The notes below the pieces were generated by a model. It was not told the origin of the DNA. It saw nothing but the letters and a program-made list of their open reading frames with translations, and searched no databases. A stretch of 64,000 bases of DNA from a virus (Duplodnaviria; Caudoviricetes). The stretch lies in the IMG/VR virus record IMGVR_UViG_3300035517_000038, positions 40,924 to 104,923 of that record, one strand, 5' to 3'. The first letter of the stretch is position 1; each line of letters opens with the position of its first letter. A program made the position numbers and the translations under genes. Shown here one piece after another: positions 31,301-41,500 of this stretch.

Positions 31301-32847
31301 CTCCAAGAACCTTTAGACCTGCCAATATTAAGTAGTGATGGGGTACTTTGAAAGTTAGGTCTGAATATCCATGAAGACTGTCCATATAATGTTCCCTCAT
31401 TCCTCATTCTGACATTAAATACAGTAGGACATAAAAGACCTTGTGCTATAATCTTCCTTTCATTTGTAGGAAATACTATAACACTTCTCATCTTTCTATA
31501 ACCATAAAGACCCTGCAGCTTTTTTAAAGCATTTAAAGATGCTTCACCAAACTCTATATTAATAGTAGGTAAATATATATTATTATCTTGGATATAAGGC
31601 CTATTATCGCTGCTTATAGGTACAGTATAATCAGATTCTAATAATATAGGCTCTGACCACTTACCACTCTCATGCTGAAACTGCACTCCTATTCTATAGT
31701 GCTCTCCAGATTTAAGGTAAGAAAGGTTTGTGGTATTAAGCTGATGATTATAAGTATAAGTATTACTTGATTGAGTACTATTAACAGTAATAGCTCTATA
31801 AGTATGATTGGTAGTATGATTAGCTTTTAATAAAACATCAGTACCTAATTCAAATATATTATTAGGAATAGATAACCTTTTTTGTGTTATATTACCTAAA
31901 AATAAAGTACCATCTTTAGCTGCTATAGTACCTGCAATAATCTGCTCACCTCCTATATATAATAATTGTGTAGAATCTATTACACTACCTGTGGTACCAT
32001 TGTCTGTATAGTATATAGTATCTTCTACAGCAACATCACTTACTAATTTTACTACAGGTTCAGCATCCAATGATGACCTATATATAGAATAGATTCTTAC
32101 ATAATCGAAAGAATCTAAATCAATAATGTTTATTGAAAAGCTGCAAGATACTTGCTCATTTTGTTTGCCTCCTCTATTGTTAGGTGCTATATATTGTATA
32201 GGTGATATATAGAATATATTAGATTCTTGTCCATACTTATTATAATAGGTTAAAGCATATTGAATAACACCTGCCTCGAAAGTACCACCTAAATTATGTT
32301 TAGTAATAGATACTCCCTCATTTAATTTAAGAGTAGCAACAAAATCAAAAGGATTATCTCCAGTGTATAAAGAAGTGTAATCAGAAGATTCTTCTACCCC
32401 TTTTAACTCAGGTTTGGTTACATTAATAACTCTGGGTTGATTATTTTTATCAATCCAGTAAACCTTTTGTACTAACTGGTTTTCATAAACACCTAAAGTT
32501 TCTATAGGAGCATTTGTAGAAAAATTTAAAGTACCGCCTTTATATAATATCTCCTTATTATAAGTATTGGCAGATTCATTATAAGTTACTCTATAAATAA
32601 CTGAAGAGTCTCCTTCACCAGCAAACAATATTAAATAATCTCCTAAGACACAATAACCTATAAGAGGAAGATTGTCTAATTGAAATATAGGAGTATCACC
32701 TAATTCAGAGGTAATAGAGACACTTGTATTACCATCCCTACTGGTTATTCTTATATTTTTAGCATCCCACAGAAATTTAGCATCTTGCCTTATAGGGTGA
32801 TTATCCCTTCTCATTCCTTGGAATACATGAACATCATGACCTCTCAT
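28345..32847 (-). CDS. tail muzzle / tail stabilisation protein (P22 gp10-like, crAss)
   Basis: 1500 aa beta-rich; N-term GMRRD..DAKNIRIT; YGDFYYQRYDCLKTYP; ETRINIDGR; C-term KFRVWRANIPR...RIRNPW; position after ring protein. Confidence 0.88.
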   Translation of the reverse strand: MRGHDVHVFQGMRRDNHPIRQDAKFLWDAKNIRITSRDGNTSVSITSELGDTPIFQLDNLPLIGYCVLGDYLILFAGEGDSSVIYRVTYNESANTYNKEILYKGGTLNFSTNAPIETLGVYENQLVQKVYWIDKNNQPRVINVTKPELKGVEESSDYTSLYTGDNPFDFVATLKLNEGVSITKHNLGGTFEAGVIQYALTYYNKYGQESNIFYISPIQYIAPNNRGGKQNEQVSCSFSINIIDLDSFDYVRIYSIYRSSLDAEPVVKLVSDVAVEDTIYYTDNGTTGSVIDSTQLLYIGGEQIIAGTIAAKDGTLFLGNITQKRLSIPNNIFELGTDVLLKANHTTNHTYRAITVNSTQSSNTYTYNHQLNTTNLSYLKSGEHYRIGVQFQHESGKWSEPILLESDYTVPISSDNRPYIQDNNIYLPTINIEFGEASLNALKKLQGLYGYRKMRSVIVFPTNERKIIAQGLLCPTVFNVRMRNEGTLYGQSSWIFRPNFQSTPSLLNIGRSKGSWSEYRHYYCLPPNSDANAEIQNIYYKSSSENRLATNSLFSEGDYYAVDQNLVTLHSPDIEFDTEFYALNKEGYKLRILGYVPFYSVTSDINVQLSTPGYSPDSKVSATALTQVESEGGYHRNAILGFKDYRIREDDEGKAEVADSKTLYNYNIYMWQRTGSLNTDFNREEGDGTRTAVLDTKVMSHKLFSYNTIWLDTVYEYPITTPQYWGDDVGIVRWDSNSYLGDIDTMLSNDDYLIYSTKDGSIMTSDEVYSTNDAVRMKYKSSPHTVFKLKDATTNRVRTLPILEGTAVGKDVYVDTDNNGGTEESGGSNNDTEDSSVVLKTALFYAETSLNDITFDTSKTTPYLNSFGLQVGATKLSSSSCGMVINYSIKKLWWLRYGGSYTKSDDKTIVSWVLYNKSIDVGTFIKFTSSYDKDTYEVTTIKITGGSLANGFTFEYVNNVAHAASQSTITGISTTYNTEPASTLLKAAASSDSTVVSNVYDEIPFSKYTTMYPYLFLGELYNPNTHNSFGGSSKGDMINNNTWIPASEPVEMLSMKDGVQTSILPVTYGDFYYQRYDCLKTYPAASTDTNQLVEIASYMVETRINIDGRCDINRGLVSDLNSTPSNFNIINKVYSQKDNYFSYKMMDADYYKQHEFTNMVTWTSEKTNASETDPWTQITLINTLDLDGNKGKLTALTTYNDTLLALQEKAFSQILFNSRTQVAAGDGVPIEISNGYKVDGYRFLSDQVGCQNKWTVTSTPMGVYFIDKQSNSIYRYNSNGIADLSLEKGMQDWVRENYKSNEWLPASSDSNGIRTFYDNTYKDVYFALGPGANQETTLNFNETLDNFVSIFSYSGTYGLINFKNKFIGYKYGYPLITQLYSANTGTIFGFRYNRAFSFISNENPTITKIFDTVELRADLYDKDGNVTHKAPFASIEASNEYQKSDAGRDFKYKFRVWRANIPRNVNTFQRIRNPWAKISFNMPAGSTDRLVLHDLDVTYTY

Positions 32848-32848
32848 A

Positions 32849-33523
32849 TTAGTGTTGTTTTAGAATCTCTCTATTACCTATGTATTTAAAACCTGTAGCG
32901 TGAGCATTTCTTCTAGGCAACATAGAGTTTAAGTTATTAGATATAGCTTCCCATTCATCTTCTGAAGGAATAAGAAGAGCATTTCTTGCTTGCCCTGCTG
33001 CTAAATAATAATCCTGTTGAGCTACTTGATAAGCTTGCTGACTAATCTTACCTAAATCAAAAAGAATAGTGAACACCTTCTTTTTAATATAAAGCTCCAA
33101 GGCTCTAGTAACAGCAGAGTTCTCAGGAATCATCGGCATACCCTCTCCATCAACTACCATAGCCCTATAAGCAACCTCAAGAGTACATTCATCAGTAGAT
33201 GTAACAATTACAGTTCCTTGTCTCTTATATGAGTAGTTATCTGCCCCATCCTTAGTATGAAAGCTGGAAGTTGAGTAATTATATATTCTGTAGTTAGAAG
33301 CATCTCTAACTTGGATTATCTCATATAAATCAAAAGGTAATACACCTTTGTGGTTTTTAACTTCTACAGTTTCTATTTTCTCTTGATAGCAATCTGGTAC
33401 ACCCATCAGCTGTAAAAACTCTACTGCATAAGCTACACCTCTTTCTAAGGTTACATCTTGCAATAGAGGGTGGTCTAACAGAGAGTCTAAAACTGTTTTC
33501 AATGATATAAAGTTAGTATTCAT
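32849..33523 (-). CDS. tail ring/tubular protein (ring 1-like)
   Basis: 224 aa; EVAYRAMVVDGEGMPMIP motif; canonical position between IHF-like gene and muzzle. Confidence 0.8.
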   Translation of the reverse strand: MNTNFISLKTVLDSLLDHPLLQDVTLERGVAYAVEFLQLMGVPDCYQEKIETVEVKNHKGVLPFDLYEIIQVRDASNYRIYNYSTSSFHTKDGADNYSYKRQGTVIVTSTDECTLEVAYRAMVVDGEGMPMIPENSAVTRALELYIKKKVFTILFDLGKISQQAYQVAQQDYYLAAGQARNALLIPSEDEWEAISNNLNSMLPRRNAHATGFKYIGNREILKQH

Positions 33524-34046
33524 AAGCTAAGTATGTATCTATTAAACCTTTCTTAATTCTTCTGCTAAGTTTAATTCTAATGTCTCTATTAACTTTGAAA
33601 TCATAGAACACTTTATTATTATACTTAGCTTTTGCTTTTGTATATTTAATTCTGTATAGTTCTTTAAATGTGGATTTGACTATTGTCTTTTTCTTCATTT
33701 GTTCTTCATCCTCTGCCCACAGTTTAAGGGTAGCATCCCAATCTACTGGTAGGTTAGTAATGACTCTACCATCTACCATTTTATATTTAACAGGTGACTT
33801 TCTAACTTCAAGCATACCCATATTATGTGGAAAGGTTATATCATTACCTAAAGATAATTGGTCAGCTAGATATAAATTGATGGTTCTAATAATAGCGTAA
33901 AATTGTTTTTCAGAAATAGATTGCCCAATTCCAGCCCATCTATTTCTCCGAATGGCTTTAAATACGTCATATACGCCAATAGAATTGGTTATTTTATGGT
34001 TTCTATTTCCATTTACTTTTAAAATCCTTCTTCTAAAATCTTCCAT
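33513..34046 (-). CDS. IHF/HU-like DNA-binding protein
   Basis: Basic 177 aa; LSLGNDITFPHNMGMLEVRK resembles the HU/IHF beta-arm start; conserved position in crAss tail module. Confidence 0.78.
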   Translation of the reverse strand: MEDFRRRILKVNGNRNHKITNSIGVYDVFKAIRRNRWAGIGQSISEKQFYAIIRTINLYLADQLSLGNDITFPHNMGMLEVRKSPVKYKMVDGRVITNLPVDWDATLKLWAEDEEQMKKKTIVKSTFKELYRIKYTKAKAKYNNKVFYDFKVNRDIRIKLSRRIKKGLIDTYLAYEY

Positions 34047-34057
34047 TACTCAGGTTT

Positions 34058-34753
34058 TTATTCACTATCTTTTAAATATCTGTCTTTCATATTTTGCCTA
34101 ATGAATGATTGTATAGAAGATAAATCATCATTAGCATTGTTATATGGGTCTGTAGGTTGATATACTGCACCACCAATGTACTTAACGACTAAATCTATTA
34201 GAGTGGTTATTAATCCTTCCTCTAATGGGTAGTCATCATCTAAATAATCATAGTCAGCATCATTGTAAGAGGAGGCTTCTGTTGGGTCTTCAAATATAGC
34301 AGAGAGTTCTACTGTAGATAAATCACATTCTCTAGGGCTTCCTGATTTAATATAAAGATAATTATCAACATCTATAGTCGCATATAAATACCTTCTAAGC
34401 CATTTATTAACTCCAGTATATTGGAACCTATCTCTAGATACAAGAGCTATATTATGGTCTAAACCGTTGCCTACATAAGTTCTACCTACTGTGAGTATTG
34501 TTGGTATAGTATCTATACTCTTAAGCAACCTATCTTTACTAACACTCAAACTACCATACTCCTCTAGAGAAACAGTTATCGTTTGGTAGTTGCTAAGAGG
34601 TATCTCTTTTTTTACATCATTATATCTTTGTTTGAGTAGCAGTGCTCTCACTTTATTAGCCAAGAATAAAACATGGTCTTCAGTAATATAACTGTCATCA
34701 CTCGATATTTTAAACTGGTCTAATATTATGTATATTAATTCTCTGTAAGTCAT
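34058..34753 (-). CDS. tail ring protein (ring 2-like)
   Basis: MTYRELIYIILD...SDDS, AIFEDP, PTDPYNNANDD; start set at ATG 34753, downstream of the promoter. Confidence 0.75.
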   Translation of the reverse strand: MTYRELIYIILDQFKISSDDSYITEDHVLFLANKVRALLLKQRYNDVKKEIPLSNYQTITVSLEEYGSLSVSKDRLLKSIDTIPTILTVGRTYVGNGLDHNIALVSRDRFQYTGVNKWLRRYLYATIDVDNYLYIKSGSPRECDLSTVELSAIFEDPTEASSYNDADYDYLDDDYPLEEGLITTLIDLVVKYIGGAVYQPTDPYNNANDDLSSIQSFIRQNMKDRYLKDSE

Positions 34754-34770
34754 AGTTGTATAAGTAAAAA

Positions 34771-34816
34771 AGCCTATTGCAAAGTTACACATTATAAACT
34801 ACTTATGCAATAGGCT
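34771..34816 (-). promoter_or_regulatory. promoter embedded in 11-bp inverted repeat
   Basis: Minus ATTG (34811-34808), N20, TAACTTTG (34787-34780); arms agcctattgca (34771-34781) and tgcaataggct (34806-34816); T6 follows on minus strand. Confidence 0.78.
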
Positions 34817-34840
34817 AATTGTTTTTATTATACCATATAA

Positions 34841-34874
34841 AATAAAAATGGGAGTAGAGAAACTCCCTACTCCC
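34841..34874 (-). terminator. intrinsic terminator after auxiliary capsid gene
   Basis: Stem gggagtag/ctactccc followed on minus strand by atttttatttt. Confidence 0.85.
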
Positions 34875-34890
34875 TATATATTATCAGTCC

Positions 34891-35868
34891 TTAAGACTTG
34901 GTGCTTACATCAGCAAGCTCAGCATCTGCTAATGCTGCAACTAAGGAAGCAGCTACAGCGGCAGTAGGACAAACAAAGGTGATAGTCTTCTCAGACTTTT
35001 GAACAGAAACACCTTCATCGGTAAACCAATAATGAATATCAACAGTATGATAATCCTTAGTGGGGTCTACCATATACTCAGTCTTGATAGTAAGAGGCCA
35101 GCCTACATTTCTATATTGGTCACCTCTTTCACCCATGCAGAAGTATTCAAGGTCTGCAATCTCCTTACCATTTACAAGAGTCTCCTCCTTAGTGGTATCC
35201 TTTTCAACAGTACCCCAGTTTCTTTCACAACCTTCATAAAGGACTTCATCTGAACGCAGCTTGAAGTTTACATGGGATACTTGTCTAGTACCCAGTTCCC
35301 AAGGTTGTTCAACCTCATAAACAGCTAAACCAGTGTATGTATCAGTGAGGTCATCTTTCTTAGTATCGCCATTTACCTCAGTGTAGGTAGAACCTGCAAT
35401 CAGATAAAACTTGCAAATAGGAGTAATCTCTCTAGAGAACTCACGTACTAAAGAAAGAGCCATCTCCTTATAGAAAGTAGAAGCAGTCATATCTGAGTGA
35501 GCGTGAACACAACCAAACTTGAAATAAGTATCTTCATCAGAGAAACCGATGTAGTTGTTAATCTCAATATTCAGAATATAATCCTGACCACTAATAGGAG
35601 CACCGCCATTAACCTCTGAGTTAAGAGTTACCTTAAAGCCCTTAGTCTTGTAATTTCTAGGAGCCTTGCTAGCATAGTTACCAGCACCCTTAGGAATTAA
35701 ATCAGTTCTAATTAAGCCACCCTTACCTACATACTTGAAGAAAGTTTCACCTTCCAGAGTAGTGTGTGCAGAAATAGCACCTACAGCTGAGTCCTTAGTA
35801 ACTGCCTTTGCAGAAACTTCATTAACTACATAAAGTTGGCGATTTTGATTTACAGAAAAATTTGCCAT
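34891..35868 (-). CDS. auxiliary capsid protein-like structural protein
   Basis: 325 aa; MANFSVNQNRQLYV, DLEYFCMGERGDQYR; synteny (MCP, conserved protein, ring, ring, this gene); own terminator. Confidence 0.75.
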   Translation of the reverse strand: MANFSVNQNRQLYVVNEVSAKAVTKDSAVGAISAHTTLEGETFFKYVGKGGLIRTDLIPKGAGNYASKAPRNYKTKGFKVTLNSEVNGGAPISGQDYILNIEINNYIGFSDEDTYFKFGCVHAHSDMTASTFYKEMALSLVREFSREITPICKFYLIAGSTYTEVNGDTKKDDLTDTYTGLAVYEVEQPWELGTRQVSHVNFKLRSDEVLYEGCERNWGTVEKDTTKEETLVNGKEIADLEYFCMGERGDQYRNVGWPLTIKTEYMVDPTKDYHTVDIHYWFTDEGVSVQKSEKTITFVCPTAAVAASLVAALADAELADVSTKS

Positions 35869-35892
35869 AAATTTAAATAAAATTAATTAATA

Positions 35893-36498
35893 TTATTCTT
35901 GTCCAACTCCTCTACTCTGAAGGGCTAGACCTACTGCATATTCTAAAATTCTTTTATGCAGTATTGGGTTTAATTCACAATCTGTTTTTGTTTTAATATT
36001 ATCTATAGAAAGGTCTGTGCTAGTTAAATCCACAAGGATAATAGGACAGGGTTTTCTAAGATAAGTTAAAGTATAAGAAGTAACACTACCTTTTGAATGG
36101 AGGATTAATTTATCTTCTGAATCCTCTCTAATAACTCTATACTTACTAGGATTTCTAAAAGGATTTCTTAAAGTTCTCCAAAGATGGTCATGCTTAATAG
36201 GAACCACTAAAGCATTTACAGAGTTAACCATAGCTTCCTCTTTAAGTATAAAGAGTAAGTCTGTAGGTTTTTCAACTGTGTTATTAGTAGGATTATATGT
36301 TACTTTCTTTTTAATTAGATTACTAAGATGTTCACGCTGTTCCTCTGTGTTCTCTACCTCAGCATAACTAGCTAAAACTATTTGCTCCTGTGCTTTAGTT
36401 AGATATACAGATTTAGCATATTCATCAAAGGCTTCAGTACCTGGAACTCTAATAGAAACAAGTACGTCAAACTCATCACTAAATTCAGTAGTAGTCAT
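35893..36498 (-). CDS. tail ring protein (ring 3-like)
   Basis: Paralogue of next gene: MTTTEFSDEFD, KSVYLTKAQ, YLRKPCPIIL, LHKRILEYAV. Confidence 0.78.
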   Translation of the reverse strand: MTTTEFSDEFDVLVSIRVPGTEAFDEYAKSVYLTKAQEQIVLASYAEVENTEEQREHLSNLIKKKVTYNPTNNTVEKPTDLLFILKEEAMVNSVNALVVPIKHDHLWRTLRNPFRNPSKYRVIREDSEDKLILHSKGSVTSYTLTYLRKPCPIILVDLTSTDLSIDNIKTKTDCELNPILHKRILEYAVGLALQSRGVGQE

Positions 36499-36500
36499 AA

Positions 36501-37283
36501 TTAGCGCTCTTGTTGAGAAGCAACAAATCCTATAGATGTTTGGCTACTACCTCCCAAACCTACTTGAGAACTAAGGTCACCACTATAGGAAGCTATTGCT
36601 AATTCTACACCTCTTTGTAATATTTCATTATGCAATTCCTCAGGAAGCTCGCTAGTCATAGCTGTGTTTTCTCCATCTATGGTATATTCAGTTGAAGAAA
36701 AATCTTCGAGGATTATCGGATTAGGTTTTCTAATATACCTAATTTTATATAATGCTGAGCTAGGTTTATTAGGACCAAATATTAACTCTGCTAATGTCTT
36801 ACCTCCAGAACTATTAGATATAATTCTCCAAACGCCTCTTTTAACAGGATAGGGATAAGGTTTAAGATTTAATCTATCATAAGTCTCATATGTAATAGGA
36901 ATAACATCTAAAAACTTAGTTACAGTTTTTTCATCTTCTGTGTACATAGCCTGTACCCTCTCATTTAAAATAATATATAAATCTTCGGGGAGTTCGTAAG
37001 GCATTCCATTTACAGCATCGAATAAATAAGAAGAATTACCTGAGGTACTCTTACCTAACGATACTACTCTAGATAAAGTAGAAAAATCTATCTGCCTTTT
37101 CCTGCTACCATCTACACCTTCCTGAGTCTTATTAGCTCTAGGATTTGCATAACTATTTAATATCTGCCACTGAGCTTTAGTTAAGAATACTGATTTCTCA
37201 TATTCATTTAATCCAGGAGCTTGGTTTGATGTTATACTATTATAAAGAATATCAAATTCATTACTAAACTCTGTAGTTGTCAT
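36501..37283 (-). CDS. tail ring protein (ring 4/5-like)
   Basis: MTTTEFSNEFD, EYEKSVFLTKAQ, YIRKPNPIIL, LHNEILQRGV. Confidence 0.78.
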   Translation of the reverse strand: MTTTEFSNEFDILYNSITSNQAPGLNEYEKSVFLTKAQWQILNSYANPRANKTQEGVDGSRKRQIDFSTLSRVVSLGKSTSGNSSYLFDAVNGMPYELPEDLYIILNERVQAMYTEDEKTVTKFLDVIPITYETYDRLNLKPYPYPVKRGVWRIISNSSGGKTLAELIFGPNKPSSALYKIRYIRKPNPIILEDFSSTEYTIDGENTAMTSELPEELHNEILQRGVELAIASYSGDLSSQVGLGGSSQTSIGFVASQQER

Positions 37284-37289
37284 ATTTAT

Positions 37290-38282
37290 TTATTGTTTAA
37301 GTTTTGCTTGTATAGTAAACAAGACATCTTGATGCCTTGGGTTTGCTAAATACTTTGATGCAAACACTAAGTTAGGCTCTTCATTTAACTCACATAGAGC
37401 AGTATTATCAGCCTTTATGTAAAAGAATCCTGCTCTATTGGCAATGATGCCAGCATCTACAGCCTTCTTAATAATTACCTTAAAGTCTACATACTTATCC
37501 TTGATAATACTAAGGAATGTTTTAGCATTTGATTGAATAAGCTCATTAATCTTAGCTTGTAAGAACTCAAGTTTACTATTAGGAGATGTGGGTCTACCAT
37601 CCATAGTCTCAATGATAAATCTGAGTTTATCAATATCATCTTCAAATTTACCATACTCCTTGTAGCACTCCATTGTAGCACTCATATTAGATTTAGCAGT
37701 CTTAGCTTCTTCACCATCTTCTACAATAACAAACTGATAGCTTGCCTTAGGAGTCGCTTGAAGAGCTGCTAATGAAGGAGCAACAAGATTCTTATTAGCC
37801 AATAAAATCTTATACTTGATAAAGTCTTCAGGATTAGAAAGGTCTAAAATAGTATCTTGCTTAGTAAGAGTTACTTGATTAATACCATCTTCCTTATCAT
37901 CATCCCAAAAGTTATCATTGATAGCATAAGGATTAAGAGCATTATATGGAAGTCCAAGAGCATTTTCTATACACTCTCTTTCTTCATCTGTCATAATAAC
38001 AGCATACCTACCTGAAGCTGTCATAGGAACAGTTAAAACTCTAAGAGCAGTTTCTGCCATACCTCCATAAAGCACGTGCTTAGGATTAGAAACAAGACCA
38101 GTTTGCTTATTAATATGTCGAACTTTAACCTTAATATTCCTAAGACAATTAACCAGCTTATGCTCTACTGGAGTAGAAGTAGGCTGCTCAATTTTCTTTT
38201 TAGATTGCTTCTTGGATTCCACAGGAGTAACCTGAGGCATATCTACAGAAGTATCAATTTCATTTACATTAATCTCATCCAT
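37290..38282 (-). CDS. conserved crAss capsid-module protein downstream of MCP
   Basis: 330 aa; LDLSNPEDFIKYKIL motif; canonical position. Confidence 0.75.
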   Translation of the reverse strand: MDEINVNEIDTSVDMPQVTPVESKKQSKKKIEQPTSTPVEHKLVNCLRNIKVKVRHINKQTGLVSNPKHVLYGGMAETALRVLTVPMTASGRYAVIMTDEERECIENALGLPYNALNPYAINDNFWDDDKEDGINQVTLTKQDTILDLSNPEDFIKYKILLANKNLVAPSLAALQATPKASYQFVIVEDGEEAKTAKSNMSATMECYKEYGKFEDDIDKLRFIIETMDGRPTSPNSKLEFLQAKINELIQSNAKTFLSIIKDKYVDFKVIIKKAVDAGIIANRAGFFYIKADNTALCELNEEPNLVFASKYLANPRHQDVLFTIQAKLKQ

Positions 38283-38302
38283 TTATATAGGCTTTTAGTT
38301 TT

Positions 38303-38340
38303 AAAAAGAAAAGGGGAAGTAGGAGTTCCTACCTCCCCTA
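38303..38340 (-). terminator. intrinsic terminator after MCP
   Basis: Hairpin aggggaagtagg-agtt-cctacctcccct followed by T-rich run on minus strand. Confidence 0.85.
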
Positions 38341-38353
38341 TTTGTTTTATTTA

Positions 38354-38508
38354 TTAACCCTGGAGAATAGAAGGGATAATAGACATAGTTCTGGTGGGGT
38401 CAAGGACACAAATACCCAGTGTAGCCATTCTGTGGAATACAGCTGAATCTTCATCAAATGACATATTGTCATTGTCCATTGCACCAGTGAAAGGATTACG
38501 CAGGCCCC
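38354..38508 (-). CDS. MCP exon 4
   Basis: GLRNPFTGAMDNDNMSFDEDSAVFHRMATLGICVLDPTRTMSIIPSILQG*; not in ORF track. Confidence 0.9.
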
Positions 38509-41500
38509 CAATCGTGTTATCGTATAGCTTTTTATCTATACTTCTATAACTTTCTTATTGTTATAGTTCAGCGTACATTTTCAACCACGAGGGTTGTCGG
38601 ATACTCTTGGAAGCATTATATTCTAATTTTCATTAGGTTCAGCTTCTACGCGTTACAATGGTAAAGTCTTTTATTTCTTTACTTTATCTCGGTATTCCCT
38701 GAGAATATCTTTACATCTTTCTCCATAACATATTTTTTTAATAGTACCAAAAGGTCTATTTAATTTTAATGCTATTTCTCTTGGATATAAATGTTGTTCA
38801 AAATACATATGATATATTTCAAATAATTGCTCCCTTGTGAAAGATATTCCATTATTTTTTAATCCTGATAAAAATGCGTGCCTTTGTTGCATTTCATCAG
38901 AAGCCCATTCAAGGTTTGTAATTCTATTATCCTCTTTATTACCATTTATATGGTTAATAGTTCTATAATTATTAGGATTAGGTAAAAAAGCTATAGCAAT
39001 TAGTCTGTGTATATATCTATAATAGTATTTACCATTATGATATAACCTAACCTGTAAATAACCGCTATTAGATTTTCTTTTACCAATGGTCATTAACTCA
39101 CCTTTAATGTTTTTTATCTTTCCTGTATTTGAAATACTGTATTTAGGAAATTCTTCTATTATCTTAAATATTTCCATAATATATGGTTTATAAAATATAA
39201 TTAAATGGGTTCACCGATTTTACCCGATTATTCACTAATAGGTCGCCCTATTAGGCAGCAAGTTCATACTGATAGCCTCTGTACTCAGACTTACCCTTAA
39301 CCTCACACTTGAAGATGTTGGGTTGGTCCATAGTACCAATATCCATAATATCATATCTGTAAGAGAAAGCAGGACCACCATTCGGATGGATAATCTTATT
39401 TCTTACAGGGTCGTCGTAGTCACTATGTTATCATGTAGCTTTTTATCTACATTTCTTATACTTTATCATTGTATAAGGTCAGCATATATCATCATCTTCA
39501 AAGAAGATGTCGGACACTCTTGGCAGGATTATATTCTTTAAAAAAGTATTCACCTGCTATGCGTTACACTGATGATAGCTTTTTAATTCTATCATTTAGC
39601 ACGGTATTGTCCACGCCTACCTTTATTAATTCATTATAGAGTTCGTCAGGGATTTCAATAATATCTCTAATAAAACTTTCTCTATTGAAATTTAATCTCA
39701 ACCATTTCCAAGTTTTACCAGTAATTATATTTCTGATAGTTATATGACCTACATTGTATAATTTACTAATCAGCTTAACACTAAATCCATAATTTAGCAA
39801 TGTAGGTATTAATAAAACTTGCTCCTCAGATAGTGGAGATAGTTTCATGTAACTATTAGAATTATTATCCATATTAAACTTAGCTGTGTACTCCGTGTTA
39901 TATTTTTCAGTACACCATTCTAAATTCGAGACATTATTATTTTTCCTATTGAAATCTTTATGATTTACATCAGGAAGGTTTTCAGGATTAGGAAGAAAAG
40001 CTAAAGCCACCAATCTATGATTCTTAATTGTTTTTCTATTCCCTTTATCATCTACAAGAGTATTCTGTAAATACCCACAAGAATCTTCTGTAGCAGTAAC
40101 ATATCTATTTACGAACTCACTGTATATAGAGCCATTGTTGTAAATTCTATAATTACTAAATCCTTTTATTTTTTTATATTGTTCTATCATAATTTAAATT
40201 ATTAGAATAATACCTAGAAGGAGTTTACCGTTTTTGCCCGATTTTCTTAATAAATCACTTTATTAAGCCGCCCTACTAATTAACGGGTCTACGTCAATTT
40301 TTACACGAACACCATTAGGAGCCATGTATTCTACAAACTGGAAGCCTGCAGTAAGAGCATTAGGACTAAGCTCAGAGGAAGTGCGAGAAACAACCTTAAG
40401 AGCATCACCGTTAATAGTGAACTGAGTCCAACCATTTACTTCCTGCATTACTGCCTTGTGGAACTGAATAGCACCACGCTCACCAGTCTTTAAAATAAAG
40501 TAACGGTCACCAAAATTAAGCTTTGAAGCAGACAGCTCTAAGAGAGCACGTTCAATCAGCTTAATAGAGAACTTGTTGTAATAATGAACATTAGATACTT
40601 CCATCTGCTCAAAGAGACCAGCACCCTGCTTGATAACTTCACCAGATTTACCGATGTTCATATATTCACCATTCTTATTTCTATTTGAGCGACCAAAAGC
40701 AAGAATGTTATTCTTATATTCAGAGAAAGTATTTTCACATTCCCATTCTGCATAGTGCATCCAAGTGTTAGCAACAGCACCTACCTTAGTACCTGAAGGA
40801 GTTTCCTTCATAATAGGCAGACCTACTGCAAGCTTTTTATCAAGCATATCACCAGGAACCTTATGCTGGATACGAATATAAGACCACTCATTTCTCATAG
40901 CAATGGGAGAACTAAATCTCACATCACCAACTTTTCTCGAAAGAGATTTTTCAATGGGAGCATATTCAAAGCTGAATTTCTCACCAGCAAGCAATCTTTC
41001 AGCAGGGATACCATCGGTGTTGCCGCCCATAAGCTCCACTTTATACACCGCGTGAGTTCCTTCCATACGAGCATTGCCTAAAATTCGCATGGGGTAAACC
41101 TCATTGAGATTGCCTACGATTACTTCGCCATCCAAATTGTTACCCTAAAGGCTCTTTATCCTTTAGCTCTATAGATTATTTATTCTCTATAGTTCGGAGT
41201 ACATTTTCATCTTGTAGAGGAATCTTTAAGATGTCGAACACTCTTGGATATATTATATTCTACGATTACCTGTTATTAACTGACTTAAGTATGATTTACT
41301 AATCTTATATTTTGTCATAATTTCTTTTCTAGATACACCAGAATTAAAATCATTTATAATATTAATCCTATCCTCCTGACTTAGCTTATAAGTTCTAGAA
41401 GTTCTTAGTTTAATATTATTTCTAGTTAATATTCCTTTTACAGTGGCTTTATCTATATTATATACTTTAGAGATAGCTCTTAAGGAGTTTCCTTTATTGT

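Noticed and set aside
35893-37283. Duplicated MTTTEFS genes as a novelty
   Set aside because: Paralogous ring proteins are an established feature of crAss tails.
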